Positions 15,076-34,135 of a stretch of DNA of 64,000 bases are shown here, one piece after another. The first letter of the stretch is position 1. Every line of letters begins with the position of its first letter. A model generated the notes under the pieces. The model had not been told where the DNA came from. It worked only from the letters and a program-made list of their open reading frames with translations, and did no database searches. The position numbers were made by a program, and so were the translations under genes. Origin of the DNA: the human T2T-CHM13v2.0 reference genome, Homo sapiens; assembly GCF_009914755.1 (NCBI RefSeq), contig NC_060934.1; one strand, 5' to 3'.

Positions 15076-16345
15076 AAAGAGAGGTTAAATATATATATAT
15101 ATGTGTGTTACTTCAAAATTACACTACAAATCCCATCAAGTGTGCTTGAATAGTTATGATGTTTACTATATTTATTACTTATAAAGCACGAACACAAGGA
15201 TTTCATTTATCAGCTAGTTGTAAAACATGTCTTTCACCATTGCAGGGGCTAGTCTATAAATTTTTATATGGAAAAATTTCCCTAGAAAATTTAAGATATA
15301 TATATACATACATGTGATACAATCTTTAGCCCTCTAGAAGAGTCACATTTTACATTAGTGTCAGGAGACAAGGAACTATCTACTTCATTTACTTTCTGCT
15401 TTGTAGGAAAATACATTTGTGTATCAATATCAACCCAGGTGGGTGTGACTGAATGTACAGCACAACCCAAACTCCTGGATCGCAGACTATTTAATACCAG
15501 GTTTTATCCCCCTGGCATTTGCTTCCAACTTTATCAGACAAAGTAAAATAATGGTGATATAATCCACATCACTCTATAGTATTTTAATAAACATGCAAAT
15601 AAATAGCACACAATGCTACATAATCACTTTTCAAGGTGTTTTTTTAAACATTATTTTACTTTGATAAAGTAGCAATAGTCCCCAGATAATTATGGTTTGT
15701 GCTAACTGAAAAAACAGTCCTTGTTTCACTGATTTGCACACTGTTGCTCAATTGAAGTTAATAGAATGGGCCACAACTGGAAGTGGAAGTCTCTTTTGCT
15801 TAATTTATTTGCCACAGTAACACTATAAAGCCAACCATTGGAATCTCAGTCCAGTTTGGAGTCTAATGACTGAATGAAGAGGTAGAAAACCAAAAATGGC
15901 AGCCAACACATGACAAGAATCCTCATAAAGGAATATTAGAAAGTGTCTTGTGTAATGCCATCCATCTATAATTATTGGCTACAGTTTCAAGCTGTCTGGA
16001 TACAGACAGTTGACTAGATGACTTTCACAACACAAATAAATTTTTAGAAATTTGACCTCATTTCAGGATCATTCACTATGCTTTACATGCAATCCAGAAT
16101 GCTGCACACATATGATATTCCTTGCCTTCTAGGAGTTTATGTTCTAAACAAAATCCTAGAAATGTTATTTCCCCATAAGGTTGACTTAACTTTTATGTTT
16201 TTCATTTGATTACAGCACAAGGATCTACCTCAAAAGTTCAATTTATACCTCAAGGGGAGGGAGCAAGGTTAAGGGAGACAACTGAACTCGAACCCATAAA
16301 AGTTATTTAATACACGTCAATATTATACCTAAAAAGTAGTCTTCT

Positions 16346-16658
<313 letters not shown>

Positions 16659-19600
16659 TTATGTACACAGTAGAACATTTTCAACAAATTTATAGAGCAT
16701 TGTTGTATTAAGAATCATGAGAGCACAAAGAACACATCTGATTCCTGTTCTTTTTTTAAAGTCTCCTACCCAATTCTCCCTCTCATTAGCCACTCCTTGA
16801 GTGACATGCACAGTAACAACACTCTCCAGCTCAAGAAACTGCAGGACAAACATATACGCCCCCATAGGTGAGTCAGTGGGAAAAGTGCAGTACATGACTC
16901 ATCACCATTTAAAACAGTTCCATCACTGATGCTCTACTGGAATTACTCCATCATCTCCCTGTAACCTTAGAGTTTACTTTAAAAACCCTCTAGGCTAGGT
17001 GAGGCTAACATTATTTCCAGTATCATATAAACCATTGACATGAAAACATTAAGACAAGTTTAAAACTATGCAAAAATATATTAAAAGAATCTACTTTTCT
17101 ACAAATACAATGTAATAAGGAATACTTCAACGAAGTATATATATTAAATTGTATTAGTTTTTATTATTTCCATTAACTGGGCTATCACTAACAATTGTAG
17201 AGTTGTTTTCTTTTATTAAATGGTTAAAAGACCTTCAAAGCTAGAATACAATTTGCCCTTATCTGGAGTAAATAAGTGGCTGTTTAACAGGGATCATTAG
17301 CTGTAATGCAGAATATGAAGGCATGCCTCTCCCATCAACAGCTGACAGTCACATCAGGTAAAGGTGGAACATCAAAGAATGAGGACTTGCTTGTGAGGTG
17401 GAACTCAACAACTATCATTTTTAACATGCTTTTAACCATCTGACACTTGAATCACTTAATTTTTGTTACTATACTGATATCTTAGTTGTCCCATTTTTAA
17501 AATAAAGAATATACCAGTAACTGACCAGAAAACAATTACTATACACCCATACACATAAAATTCTATAAATAACTGGTGGGTAGAGGAGAAGGATGTAAAA
17601 AGTGATCTCTTTCTGAGATTGCAGAGGCCCAGTTTCCTCATTGTGTTCGCACATAAATACTTTCATTGCAGATATTTCAAGGTTATGCCAGACTTATACA
17701 GAAAGAAATCCTGGACTATGTGTTCTGAATGTGCTGGTAAAGAAAGTCACTTCATTTGAGAGGTCCCTGCCCCTTCAACCTCACCCTCCTTACCAATATA
17801 CATTCATCACTGAAAAGGGAAATATTTACAAAAGTTAGTTTAGTTATGTTTAAATATTATGTTTAGCTGTCTGGAGACCATGTTCTCAAGATTTATACAA
17901 GAAATCAAGGATTAAACTTCATAACAATTAGAAAACCACACTGTGTAAAATCAAAGACTTAGTTAAAGGAAATTAAAATAGTTTTACCATTGGTGCTAAA
18001 CTGAAATGGCTCCATCTCTTCCCAACACCTGGAATCAAAACCTTTTGAACTTTCATGTAAATAAATGAGGACATGCAGAATGCTCTGTCTGCAGCAAGGT
18101 ACCACCTCTGCACAGGCATTTGGGTGAAAAATGTGGAAAATGCCTGAGGACTCTTTGAAGCAGCTTAGGAGAAGTGAGAGCAGGAAAGAGGCTCTTCTCT
18201 AGGGTAAGTTTGTTTAGTAGAAAGTAAGCAAGTTGTCAGGGTAAAAGTTGACAATGTTGATTCCAACAGTTTGAACTGCGAATAAACATCCAAAGGGATT
18301 ATGTTACTGAGAATTAGAAAAGATTCCACTAAACTCAATAGAACACTTGTGTTTTCAAAGATAATATGCCTTCAAGCCATACTCTGGAGCCTCGGTTTAG
18401 GGTTAGAATTACCCTAAGCCCTTTCTATACCACATTAAAGAACACAAGGTCTGACCCCTCTTATAAGTGCCTAAAAATATTAGAATAAAGATGGAATAAA
18501 AATATTTCGTTTCCACTCACTGAATTGGAAAATATTACACACACACACGCACGTATTTATACACACACACACATGCACAAATACATATGAGGTTGACTGA
18601 AAAAACCTGAAGAAACATCTATGCTCTTCCCAAACATCTAAACTTAAACCCAATTTCACTAACCAATTTAGGGAAATACATGCATTGGCCATAAATCACT
18701 TTTAAGTTTTCCCTTCTTAATGACCTATCAAAGAGCAAAAAACAGGGCCTATACTTATGAAATCCATAATCCCCTTTTCTGCTCACCAAAGCCACATTTA
18801 AGTCTGGCTTTCATCTCATGCTGTTGGGTTTTTCACCAGGTACAAGATGAAAAGCTGGAAGAGTCCTGTGCTTTTCTAAAAGCAAAACAATTTGGTTGCC
18901 ACTCAGCAATTCCTGGTGACATGCCAAGAAGTCTGTAAAAAAAAAAGTTAAAGTTTTCCTAACTTAGAGCTTACAAAAATAAGTGTGAGATGTTCATAGC
19001 CTGTCAGACAATCCATCTTTTTATTTTTTTAATATTCATAAACAAGGGAAAACACATACTTTTGATTTGTTAAAGTTTATTTGGATCACTATAACGTAGG
19101 TCTGCCTTATGTGGTCTCAAGAAAATGGAGGTAACTTGGACTGCTCTTCTGAGTTCATCTCAAATCCTTAATGATTCTCACATAAGATTCTGCTATTATA
19201 ATCTTTTCCAAAGCCTGACAAAACCATGCAGCTCATTTGCTCATTACCAGCAAGTCTGCAAGCAGCCTTGAAAAAAGTTGATTCTCCTTGTAGCTCTGAC
19301 ACATATTCACTTTCCTCCTAGAATCAAGGATATAAGGGAGCACGGCTCAGTCTCATAGCCTCTTTGCTCTTAAGAAGAAAATCAAATTCCCCAGATATTT
19401 CCAAACTCCACCAAGAATAGAACATTCTCTGCTCTGCCTGAAGACCATTATCTCTTTTACATTTCATCTTTATATTCACTGGGTTCATAGAAAGGGCATA
19501 CACAGAAAGAGGAAAATAGCTGCTTCTTAAAAGACACCAAATTTAGTAATTCTCTCAAATCTACTGGCATACATTTAGAAAGTCGTATTTTTAAAGGCTT

Positions 19601-19826
19601 CAATAGGTTTTCATCAGTTCTGTGTTTTGAGAAGAAAACACATGCTGAATCACCCATAACTTCAAACCAAAATATATCTGCAAACTACAAGGAATATTTG
19701 TAATAGAAAGACAAGTCATCACAATTTAAAAAGTGATATAGTGGGTGTAGACAGACAGATGTGTACCCCAAAAAACAAGTTACTAACTGAATGCTCTAAG
19801 ATTTCAACCAACTCCAATAGCCTTAC

Positions 19827-19988
19827 CTGTTAATATGAGATTACTGTAAGTATTGGAGAATTGCTCCTTTAGAAGAACCAGATGCATCTGAGCTGCCTTC
19901 TCCCTTTGGAGCTCCAGCATAACATCAGGGTGCTGGGCAATCTTGCAGCCTTTCTGTTTATCTAAGGCAACATCACTTCGAACAATGT
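19827..19988 (-). CDS. HPSE2: HPSE2 (heparanase-2) internal coding exon (exon 3), 162 bp, phase 1-1
   Basis: Minus-strand translation DIVRSDVALDKQKGCKIAQHPDVMLELQREKAAQMHLVLLKEQFSNTYSNLILT matches my recollection of human heparanase-2 residues ~150-203. Acceptor is a polypyrimidine tract plus TAG|AC (plus strand ct at 19989-19990). Donor is ACAG|GTAAGG (plus strand ccttac at 19821-19826). Confidence 0.96.
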
Positions 19989-20763
19989 CTACAAAAAGAA
20001 AGAAAGAAGGCAGGCAGCAAAAACTAAAACAAAACAAAAAATAATACATCATCAAAGTCTTGTTTCACCCAAAATGACAGAATTAATAAGCTACCAGCAT
20101 TTTCATCAACCTAAAGAGATGCAGAAGTAATCAGAAGGCTCTCCAACTCCATGACACATCCTGAAAGTTCCTCTGGTCATTTCCAAATTCTTTGGAGATC
20201 TATCTGTTTCTTAGCTCTTTCTGACATCATTTAAGATTCTCACTCCTCAATTCTCCTTCCCAGCCCTTCAGGACTTGTTTACCTCCTGGGGCCTTTTCTT
20301 AACATATCTTACCGTTTTCCATGGGAAAAAGTATTATAATACAATTTTGAATACTGGTAATTATGAAGGTCATTCTCTCTACCTCGTGCTACAGGACCAG
20401 GTGATAGCTCCAGCATGTGTATTTAGGATACTTGGTCTATTTTTAAATTCACCTGCCAGCCAGCCTACTCAGCTCAAGTTAGAGCTGCCGATCTATGGCT
20501 TACCTGGTCATGGTTTTTTCTGCTATTTTTCATGTACCTCGAGTAAAATAGTTTAATTCTGACTCAATAATCATTCTTTCAAACCAAAAATATTTTTTGA
20601 GTCACTGAAGAGAGCACAGGAGGTCTAGAGTCATGGAAGATCTGCCTTTTCCCCAATTATTTTCCCATACTGCTTTTTATACTTCGGAATGATTTTCATT
20701 CAAAGCAGATATAGTCTCCAGAAAACAGCTTCCTCAAAAAGAAAAATTCATACAGAATGCTTC

Positions 20764-21113
<350 letters not shown>

Positions 21114-21844
21114 TTATTAATTTTTTACAAATTAAAATATAATTCAACTGATTCTCATAGGTACAAATGATACCATCAGCAGTAATCTAGGTGGGGCAAC
21201 TCTAAAAACTTTCAAGTTTTGCATAACAAAACTGAAGAATTTTAATAGAAGGCGCTAAAAAATAACTGCTTTGCGACTTTTGACACCAACGATTTTGGAA
21301 AGAATAAAACTAATGCCCATGTTAATGGTACTAAAAGAAAAGCTATATTCAGTGACACTTAAGAGAAAATAGGGCATATGGTGAAAAGGGTGAAACACTG
21401 TTCTGGAGAAGTAGTCTTTTCTTTCAGATTTCTAAAAGAAAAGCCCAGGTATAAATACAAACCCATGACTATGAGAGTTAGGATGTGTGGCACACAAAGA
21501 TAAGCCAGATGTGAAAATGGTCCTCACTAATTCTTAGATTAAAACAGGAGAGCTGAGTAGAAATTATGCAGTATTTATGCCTAAACATGTATATACCAAT
21601 TTCTTGAATATGGGTAATAAAATGAACTCATTTAACAAATAACTAGTCTCACAGATTTTCTGAGACTTAAATACAAAAATTGTATAAATAAGTTCAAGAA
21701 TATACTAGCTTTTAAGACAATCCAATAGAAGTCAAGAGGAATAATGCAGTTTACATTTATATAAATTACGTTCTATAAAATTTTTTGGATTACATCATCT
21801 CATTGGATCCTTCCAAAAATATTATCAAAGTAAATGGCAGACAT

Positions 21845-22675
21845 TGTTGACTGGCTGACCCAAACCCTAAACACAATCCCTTCTCCCTTGGCTTCATCTA
21901 TTATAGAGACTGAAAAACTACACTATACAATTTCCCAGCTTTCCTTGCAGAAAAGGGTAGTTATGTAACATGGTTCTGGAAAATGAGCTGCAGGCCGACA
22001 TCTTAAAGGGGGACTTCCCTTGCCAGATTAAAAGAGAGAGCCTCACTAAGAGAAACTCAGTTTTTCCCTTTAGTCCTTTAGTCCCTCCTATTCTCTATGT
22101 CTAAAATATAGACATGAAGCCCAGAGTTCTAGTAGCCACTTTGTAACCTTGAGTTAAGAAGCAAGAGTAGGGGTCGGGCACAGTGGCTCACGCCTGTAAT
22201 CCCAGCACTTTGGGAGGCTGAGGCAGGTGGATTACTTGAGGTCAGGAGTTCAAGACCAGCCTGGCAACACGGTGAAACCCCACCTCTACTAAAAATACAA
22301 AAATTAGCTGGGCGTGGTGGCACACGCCTGTAGTTCCAGCTACTCAGGAGGCTGAGGCAGGAGAATTACTTGAACGCAGGAAGCGGAGGTTGCAGTGAGC
22401 CGAGATCGTACCACTGCACTCCAGTCTGGGTGAAAGAGTGAGACTCCATCAAAAAAAATAAAAATAAAAATAAGCAAGAGGGTAAAGGATTACACACTAA
22501 AAGTGTTGAACAGAAAAATGTAAAGAGCTTAAGTCCCTAATGTCTTTATTGACCTACCATACCTGTGCTAGACTGCCTATCTCTTAATTTCTTGTCATGA
22601 GACAAATATACTATTTATGTAAGTCATTAATAGTTAACTGTTTTTAAAATTGTAACCTGTTGTATAATCCTAAAT
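21845..22675 (+). mobile_element. Ancient ERVL-type LTR remnant (LTR16/LTR33-like), interrupted by an Alu
   Basis: Motif tttcccagctttccttgcag...atgtaacatggttctggaaaatgag resembles old ERVL LTRs. Confidence 0.45.
22172..22470 (+). mobile_element. AluS
   Basis: Dimeric Alu; TSD core aagcaagag. Confidence 0.92.
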
Positions 22676-24100
22676 GATAAAGAACACTATTATTGCCTCT
22701 ATCTTAAATACGACGAAACTGAGGTCCACAAAGCTTGACTTGCACAAGTTCACAAAACCTGGTCAGTGCTCAAATCCAGGGATGTTCAAAGCCAATTTCA
22801 GTGCTCTTTCCAGAGCTCCTATATGAAACTCATGAGCTTAAGAGTAGAATTACATTAAACAATAAAAGGAAGAACTAAAAAGAAAAACTGAGTTATACTG
22901 TTACAATGGTATTCCATAGACTGTTCGTGTGGAAAAGAAATATGAATGCTTTCTCAGAAAAAATTATAAAACTTGTATCAAAACATACTATAAAAAGTGA
23001 AGGAGAGTTTCAATTACCCTGATATCTTCTGACACAAGTCTAATTTGAAGAGTAGAACACCAACTAAACTCCCTATTTCCTATCTAATAAATATATTGCT
23101 CAGAATGCAGCAGAAGCAACAATTACAACTGATATCCTCAACATCATTCCAACAAGAACCTTGAAATAAAGTAACTACATTACCTTTATATTAATAACAG
23201 TCAGAAAGGAAAACTATGAACATGGCCAAACGTATGTCCTAAACTTTAGAAAAGCAGATTTCAAAAATGTTTAGGGAAAAAAATAGATATGCTGTATCTA
23301 AAGTAAAAGTATGAATTCCTTATTCAACTCTAATCTGCTTGAAATTGTATCAATGACTAGATAAACACAAAGCAAAGATACTTATCAAAGAAGCACATGG
23401 TAATATATCTGGAGGAAGAGTTAGTATCATGTATGACACACTCAAAATTCAAAATTATCTTGGAAATCTAAAAACTTAGGCTGAAATCCCAAAAATGGAA
23501 GGTAAAGACATGAACACAAATCCTACATTTATACTGAAAATTAATGACGTAAGATTTAAGATGGGAAAGCCAGACCAAACAGAAGCTCATATACTTAAGA
23601 TCTTACTAAGATTTGTAGGCTTTAGTTGAATACCAGCTTAATATAAGTCAGTGCTATGATATTGCTGCCAAAATGATTAATGCAATCTTAGTCTAAATTA
23701 ACAGAACCAGAACATGCAGAATAAAGAAGGCAACACAGCTGTGCTACATTCCTTGCCTCCCAAGTGCAACACAGTGAAGAGTTTGGAGTTAAGCAGACCT
23801 CTGTTCAAATCCTGGCTTGGTATTCACTTATTAGTTACAAAAGTGGCAGACAAAACACCTTTCTAAGATTACATTTCTTTAGCTACTGTTATTGTACAGA
23901 TACACAAAAGGCATTGCACTAAGCATACAATAAGAGCACAATAAAGAGTACCTATAATTATTTTTGTTATTAGTATCCTGCTTGTGGTATTACATATTTC
24001 CAGCTATAATAGTCTCAGATGAATCCTGGTAGTCTAGAGTAAGTCCAAAGAAAAGTACAAATATGGAAAATAATGTTGATCTTTTAAAATAGCTGAAACT

Positions 24101-24415
<315 letters not shown>

Positions 24416-24427
24416 ATAGTTGAAACT

Positions 24428-24641
24428 ATGATTCAATGGACTTTGGGGACTCAGAGGGAAGGGCAAGAGGCAGGTGAGGAATGGAAGACTATACACTGTT
24501 GGAACAGTGTATACTGCTTGGGTGATGGGTGCACCAAAACTCCAAAATCACCACTAAAGAACTTATGCATGTAACCAAACACCACCTGTTCCCCCAAAAC
24601 TATTGAAGTTTAAAAAATAAATATATATATTTATACAAAAA
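24428..24641 (+). mobile_element. Short L1PB 3'UTR fragment
   Basis: Similar to the L1PB 3' end at 7333-7930; bounded by TSD aaaatag(t/c)tgaaact. Confidence 0.85.
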
Positions 24642-25924
24642 AAAATAGCTGAAACTGAGCCTGGCAAAGAAAGAGCCAAAGATGACTTGCTTTCTCATAC
24701 AGAAGAAATAGTTGACTTATTCTGTGGAAATCTAAAAAGCCAAACATTATGGGAGTACCCAAGAACCAAACCTGTTCAGTTCCACGTGAGAAAACTTTTT
24801 TAAGAACAGAAGCTGTCAAATAAGGAAAAGGACTACTTCATGAAGGAGTAAGTTTCCCATCCCTGGAGATATTCAAGCAGAGAATGGGTGACCCAGGCAT
24901 AATGAAGTAATTTCAATACAGATATTAAAACCTGCCAGATACAAGATTAGGTATTTTCACCTATATTATGTGAAGCAATACAGCAGGATGGTTAAAAGCA
25001 CAGGTTTCGAATTCAAATATATACAAGTTTGGATCCCTCTAGTACTTACTATCAGAGAGCTCTTGGACAAACCACTAAATCTCTCAATGCATTTCCTAAT
25101 AAAGAAGGGAATTTCCTTTTTTAGAAACATGAAAATACCAATAGCTTAATTGTAATGAACTTATCACAGTAATAGAGACATATTAGGAATTCAACAAGTG
25201 CCAGATGTTTCAGTGGTTGTCAATAATAACATCACATTGTAATATCAGAAAGTTATTATTGGAGGATAGTATTATTCTTTTAGGTCATTTCAACACTTTT
25301 ATGGTTCCACAAAAATGTGTATTTTTCTTATGTCTTTATCAGACATAATACAAAGAATAAAGACTCAAAGCCAGAAAACTTAGATATACATTTAACTAAT
25401 TTACCAAATAATCATAAAACTCTAAACGAAAAATTAAAAACCCTATGCTTGTTTTTTTTTTTTCTCCTGGTACACCAAACTGGGGAGTTTCTGGCCTGGA
25501 TGATCTCTAAACCTCTTCATTCCCCCTGCTAGTTCTTCCCTCTTACAGATATTCTTTGTTGTTATGTAATCAAAGTAGAGTTCCAAACTTGGGTCCAAAT
25601 ATGAAGCTATCCATACTCCTCTTCCCATCTCCCCTTATGATCCTTACCCTAGTATACAATTCAAGGATGCCAAAATACCCAATATATACCCTGACAGATG
25701 CAACAAAGGAGCGGGCATCTTGCACCAAAGTTGATGCACTAGAATCAATTTATTGTCTATAATTATTTCTGGACACCTAGGTATAAAAGCATTTGTATTT
25801 TTGTTCTTTATTCTTTCTTCCACAACTTTTCCATAAACTAACCAGTTAGTAACCCACAGCAGTGCTAGCCTAAGGTGGCAGTTCTGGTTGAGACAAATGA
25901 CAGACTGGCAGACCAGCCAAAAAA

Positions 25925-26208
25925 ATTTTTTAAGACAGTGTCTTACTCTGTCACCCAGGCTGGAGTGTAGTGGCATAGCCCACCACAGCTCGAACTCCTA
26001 GGCTCAAGCAATCCTCCCACCTCAGACTCCCAAACAGTCAGGACTACAGGGACACACCACCATACCTGGCTAAATTTTAATAATTTTTTGTAGAGATGAA
26101 ATCTCACTATGTTGCCTAGGCTGGTCTCAAACTCCTTGTCTCAAACAATCCTCCCGCCTCAGCCTCCCAAAGAGCTGGGATTACAGGCATGAGCCACCAA
26201 ATCTGGCC
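25925..26208 (-). mobile_element. AluJ
   Basis: Reverse-complement Alu with J-type divergence. Confidence 0.85.
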
Positions 26209-27355
26209 TAGCTAAACATTTTAATAGAAAGACTCTGGCACTTCAGGAGACATAAAATGAGCTACATATGCTTTCCATGCAAGCTTGGCTGACTAGCAGG
26301 CTATATGCACATGCAAGGGAGCCCCAACATAGGCTAAGTTCTTCACACATAACTGGCTAATGGGGAGGCTACGCACAAACATGGGAGAGACCCAAGAGAT
26401 CAGCAGGAAAAAATAAGTGAAAAAGACCTAAAAAATGCCACAAAACTTAATGTGTTTATCAATCCACAGAGAAATCCATCAGCTGAACATGAAAACATTA
26501 AGGGTCCAAAATGTTTTAAACATAATCTCTGAACAGTCATTGGCTGATCACTAAGCTATGCAGACTCAGAGGCAAACCCTAGGAAACCAAGCTAAAAAAT
26601 AAAAATAAAAATTTTTAAAACTATAAAGAAATATCAGTAACAGCACAACAAAAAGATATAAAGTCCAAATAACTTACCTAAAAACAAAGAAAACATAAAA
26701 CAACAATTGTCATGGAAAAAAAGAACTACTTTGATTACAAAACAACAAAGATCAGCAAGAGGGGAATGGTATAGATTGGCTATAACCTATCTAAAATGGC
26801 CAGTTTCCAATAAAATATTACAAGCCATGCAAAAAAAAAAAATCAGAGAACTTAAAGATAGGTGAATAGAAATGACCTAACCTGAAAAACAAAGATAAAA
26901 AAGACCAAGGAAAAATGACCACAGCCTCAGAGAATTATGGGACAACATGAAGCAATCAAACATATGCATAACGGGAGTCCTACAAGGAGAGGAAAAATAA
27001 AGGGCAGAATTGTTTGAAGACATGATGACCAAAAACATTCAAAATTTGATAAAAATCATTAATCCACAGATTCAAGAAGTACAACAAACCTCAAGCACAA
27101 GTACAACAAAACTCAGCACAAAGAGATCCACATCTAGATACATTATAATAAAAATGTTAAAAGCCCAAGATAAAAAGAAAATCTTAAAAGCACGGAGGAA
27201 AAAAACTAATCCATAAAGGGAACAAGTAATACAATTAATGGCTGACTTCCTCCAATTTGAAACAATGGAGACTAGAAAGCAGTAGAATGACATTTACAAA
27301 GGGCGAAAAGTAACAGCAAGAATCTGTCTCTTAAAAAAAAATAAAGGAAATATTT

Positions 27356-27510
27356 AGCCAAACATGATGGCATGCACTTATAATCCCAGCTATTCAGGAA
27401 GCTGAAACAGGAGGACTGCTTGAGCTCAGGAGTTTGAGGTTGCAGTTACCTATAACTGCACCACTGCACTCCAACCTGGGCAACAGAGCTAGACCCTATC
27501 TCATAAATAA
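27356..27510 (+). mobile_element. Old Alu right monomer (FRAM/AluJ fragment)
   Basis: Single Alu arm with A-rich tail. Confidence 0.75.
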
Positions 27511-27618
27511 ATAGCGCTAAAAGAAAACTTCTGACAACCAATAATTCTATGTTCAGCAAAACTATCATTCAAAAATGCAGGCAAAATAAAGTCATTTCCA
27601 TATTTAAAAAAAAAAAGA

Positions 27619-27974
<356 letters not shown>

Positions 27975-28322
27975 TCAGGTTAAAAGGCAATGATATCAAG
28001 TAATAACTCAGATACACAGGAAGAAATGAAATACACTAGAAATTGTAAATATGTAAATAAACAAAAATCCTTTTCTCTTTTACATGTTTTAAAAACTCGT
28101 AAGATTATATATAGAAGAAAATATGTTTTAGTTATACCATATATAGATGTAATAGTAATACACAGAACAAAATTAACACAATAGAAAGGATAAGAAAAGA
28201 AGCTGTATTTGAGTAAAGTTGTTGTAATTTATAAAAATTAAGTTAACATTAACCTTAAATTGACTGTGCTAAATTAAGATGCATAGTAAATCCCTTGAGC
28301 AACTAAGAAAACAACTGAAAAT

Positions 28323-29231
28323 GAGGGGGAGGAGCCAAGATGGCCGAATAGGAACAGCTCCAGTCTACAGCTCCCAGCGTGAGTGACGCAGAAGACGGGT
28401 GATTTCTGCATTTCCATCTGAGGTACCGGGTTCACCTCACTAGGGAGTGCCAGACAGTGGGCGCGGGTCAGTGGGTGCGCGCATCGTGCGCGAGCCGAAG
28501 CAGGGCGAGGCATTGCCTCACTTGGGAAGCGCAAGGGGTCAGGGAGTTCCCTTTCCGAGTCAAAGAAAGGGGTGACAGAGGGCACCTGGAAAATCGGGTC
28601 AATCCCATCCAAATATTGCGCATTTCGGACCGGCTTAAAAAACTGCGCACCACGAGATTATATCCCGCACATGGCTCGGAGGGTCCTACGCCCACGGAGT
28701 CTCGCTGATTGCTAGCACAGCAGTCTGAGATCAAACTGCAAGGCAGCAGCGAGGCTGGGGGAGGGGCGCCCGCCATTGCCCAGGCTTGCTTAGGTAAACA
28801 AAGCAGCCTGGAAGCTCGAACTGGGTGGAGCCCACCACAGCTCAAGGAGACCTGCCTGCCTCTGTAGGCTCCACCTCTGGGGGCAGGGCACAGACAAACA
28901 AAAAGACAGCAGTAAACTCTGCAGACTTAAATGTCCCTGTCTGACAGCTTTGAAGAGAGCAGTGGTTCTCCCAGCAGGCAGGTAGAGATCTGAGAACGGG
29001 CAGACTGCCTCCTCAAGTGGGTCCCTGACCCCTGACCCCCGAGCAGCCTAACTGGGAGGCACCCCCCAGCAGGGACACACTGACACCTCACACGGCAGGG
29101 TATTCCAACAGACCTGCAGCTGAGGGTCCTGTCTGTTAGAAGGAAAACTAACAAACAGAAAGGACATCCACACCAAAAACCCATCTGTACATCACCATCA
29201 TCAAAGACCAAAAGTAGATAAAACCACAAAG
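28323..29231. promoter_or_regulatory. L1 5'UTR CpG-rich bidirectional promoter (sense promoter plus antisense promoter)
   Basis: YY1 motif caagatggcc at the 5' end; many CpGs retained; the antisense promoter is a known property of L1PA 5'UTRs. Confidence 0.75.
28468..28776 (-). CDS. L1 ORF0 (antisense ORF in the 5'UTR), 102-aa form
   Basis: MAGAPPPASLLPCSLISDCCASNQRDSVGVGPSEP... matches the ORF0 N-terminus; ATG at 28776-28774; open to 28468. Expression unknown. Confidence 0.7.
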   Translation of the reverse strand: MAGAPPPASLLPCSLISDCCASNQRDSVGVGPSEPCAGYNLVVRSFLSRSEMRNIWMGLTRFSRCPLSPLSLTRKGNSLTPCASQVRQCLALLRLAHDARTH

Positions 29232-30248
29232 ATGGGGAAAAAACAGAGCAGAAAAACTGGAAATTCTAAAAAGCAGAGCGCCTCTCCTCCTCCAAAGGAA
29301 CGCAGTTCCTCACCAGCAACAGAACAAAGCTGGACGGAGAATGACTTTGACGAGCTGAGAGAAGAAGGCTTCAGACGATCAAATTACTCTGAGCTACGGG
29401 AGGACATTCAAACCAAAGGTAAAGAAGTTGAAAACTTTGAAAAAAATTTAGAAGAATGTATAACTAGAATAACCAATACAGAGAAGTGCTTAAAGGAGCT
29501 GATGGAGCTGAAAACCAAGGCTCGAGAACTACGTGAAGAATGAAGAAGCCTCAGGAGCTGATGCGATCAAATGGAAGAAAGGGTATCAGCAATGGAAGAT
29601 GAAATAAATGAAATGAAGCGAGAAGGGAAGTTTAGAGAAAAAAGAATAAAAAGAAATGAGCAAAGCCTCCAACAAATATGAGACTATGTGAAAAGACCAA
29701 ATCTACGTCTGATTGGTGTACCTGAAAGTGATGGGGAGAATGGAACCAAGTTGGAAAACACTCTGCAGGATATTATCCAGGAGAACTTCCCCAATCTAGC
29801 AAGGCAGGCCAACATTCAGATTCAGGAAATACAGAGAACGCCACAGAGATACTCCTCGAGAAGAGCAACTCTAAGACACATCATTGTCAGATTCACCAAA
29901 GTTGAAATGAAGGAAAAAATGTTAAGGGCAGCCAGAGAGAAAGGTCGGGTTACCCTCAAAGGGAAGCCCATCAGACTAACAGCGGATCTCTCGGCAGAAA
30001 CCCTACAAGCCAGAAGAGAGTGGGGGCCAATATTCAACATTCTTAAAGAAAAGAATTTTCAACCCAGAATTTCATATCCAGCCAAACTAAGCTTCATAAG
30101 TGAAGGAGAAATAAAATACTTTACAGACAAGCAAATGCTGAGAGATTTTGTCACCACCAGGCCTGCCCTAAAACAGCTCCTGAAGGAAGCGCTAAACATG
30201 GAAAGGAACAACCGGTACCAGCCGCTGCAAAATCATGCCAAAATATAA
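29232..30248 (+). pseudogene. L1 ORF1p with premature stops
   Basis: MGKKQSRKTGNSK...; TGA at 29541-29543 plus further in-frame stops near 29559 and 29679. Confidence 0.92.
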
Positions 30249-30284
30249 AGACCATCGAAACTAGGAAGAAACTGCATCAACTAA

Positions 30285-34135
<3,851 letters not shown>

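Noticed and set aside
19804-20055. 83-aa ORF as a stand-alone small gene
   Set aside because: It is the HPSE2 exon plus in-frame intron readthrough; canonical splice sites delimit the true 162-bp exon
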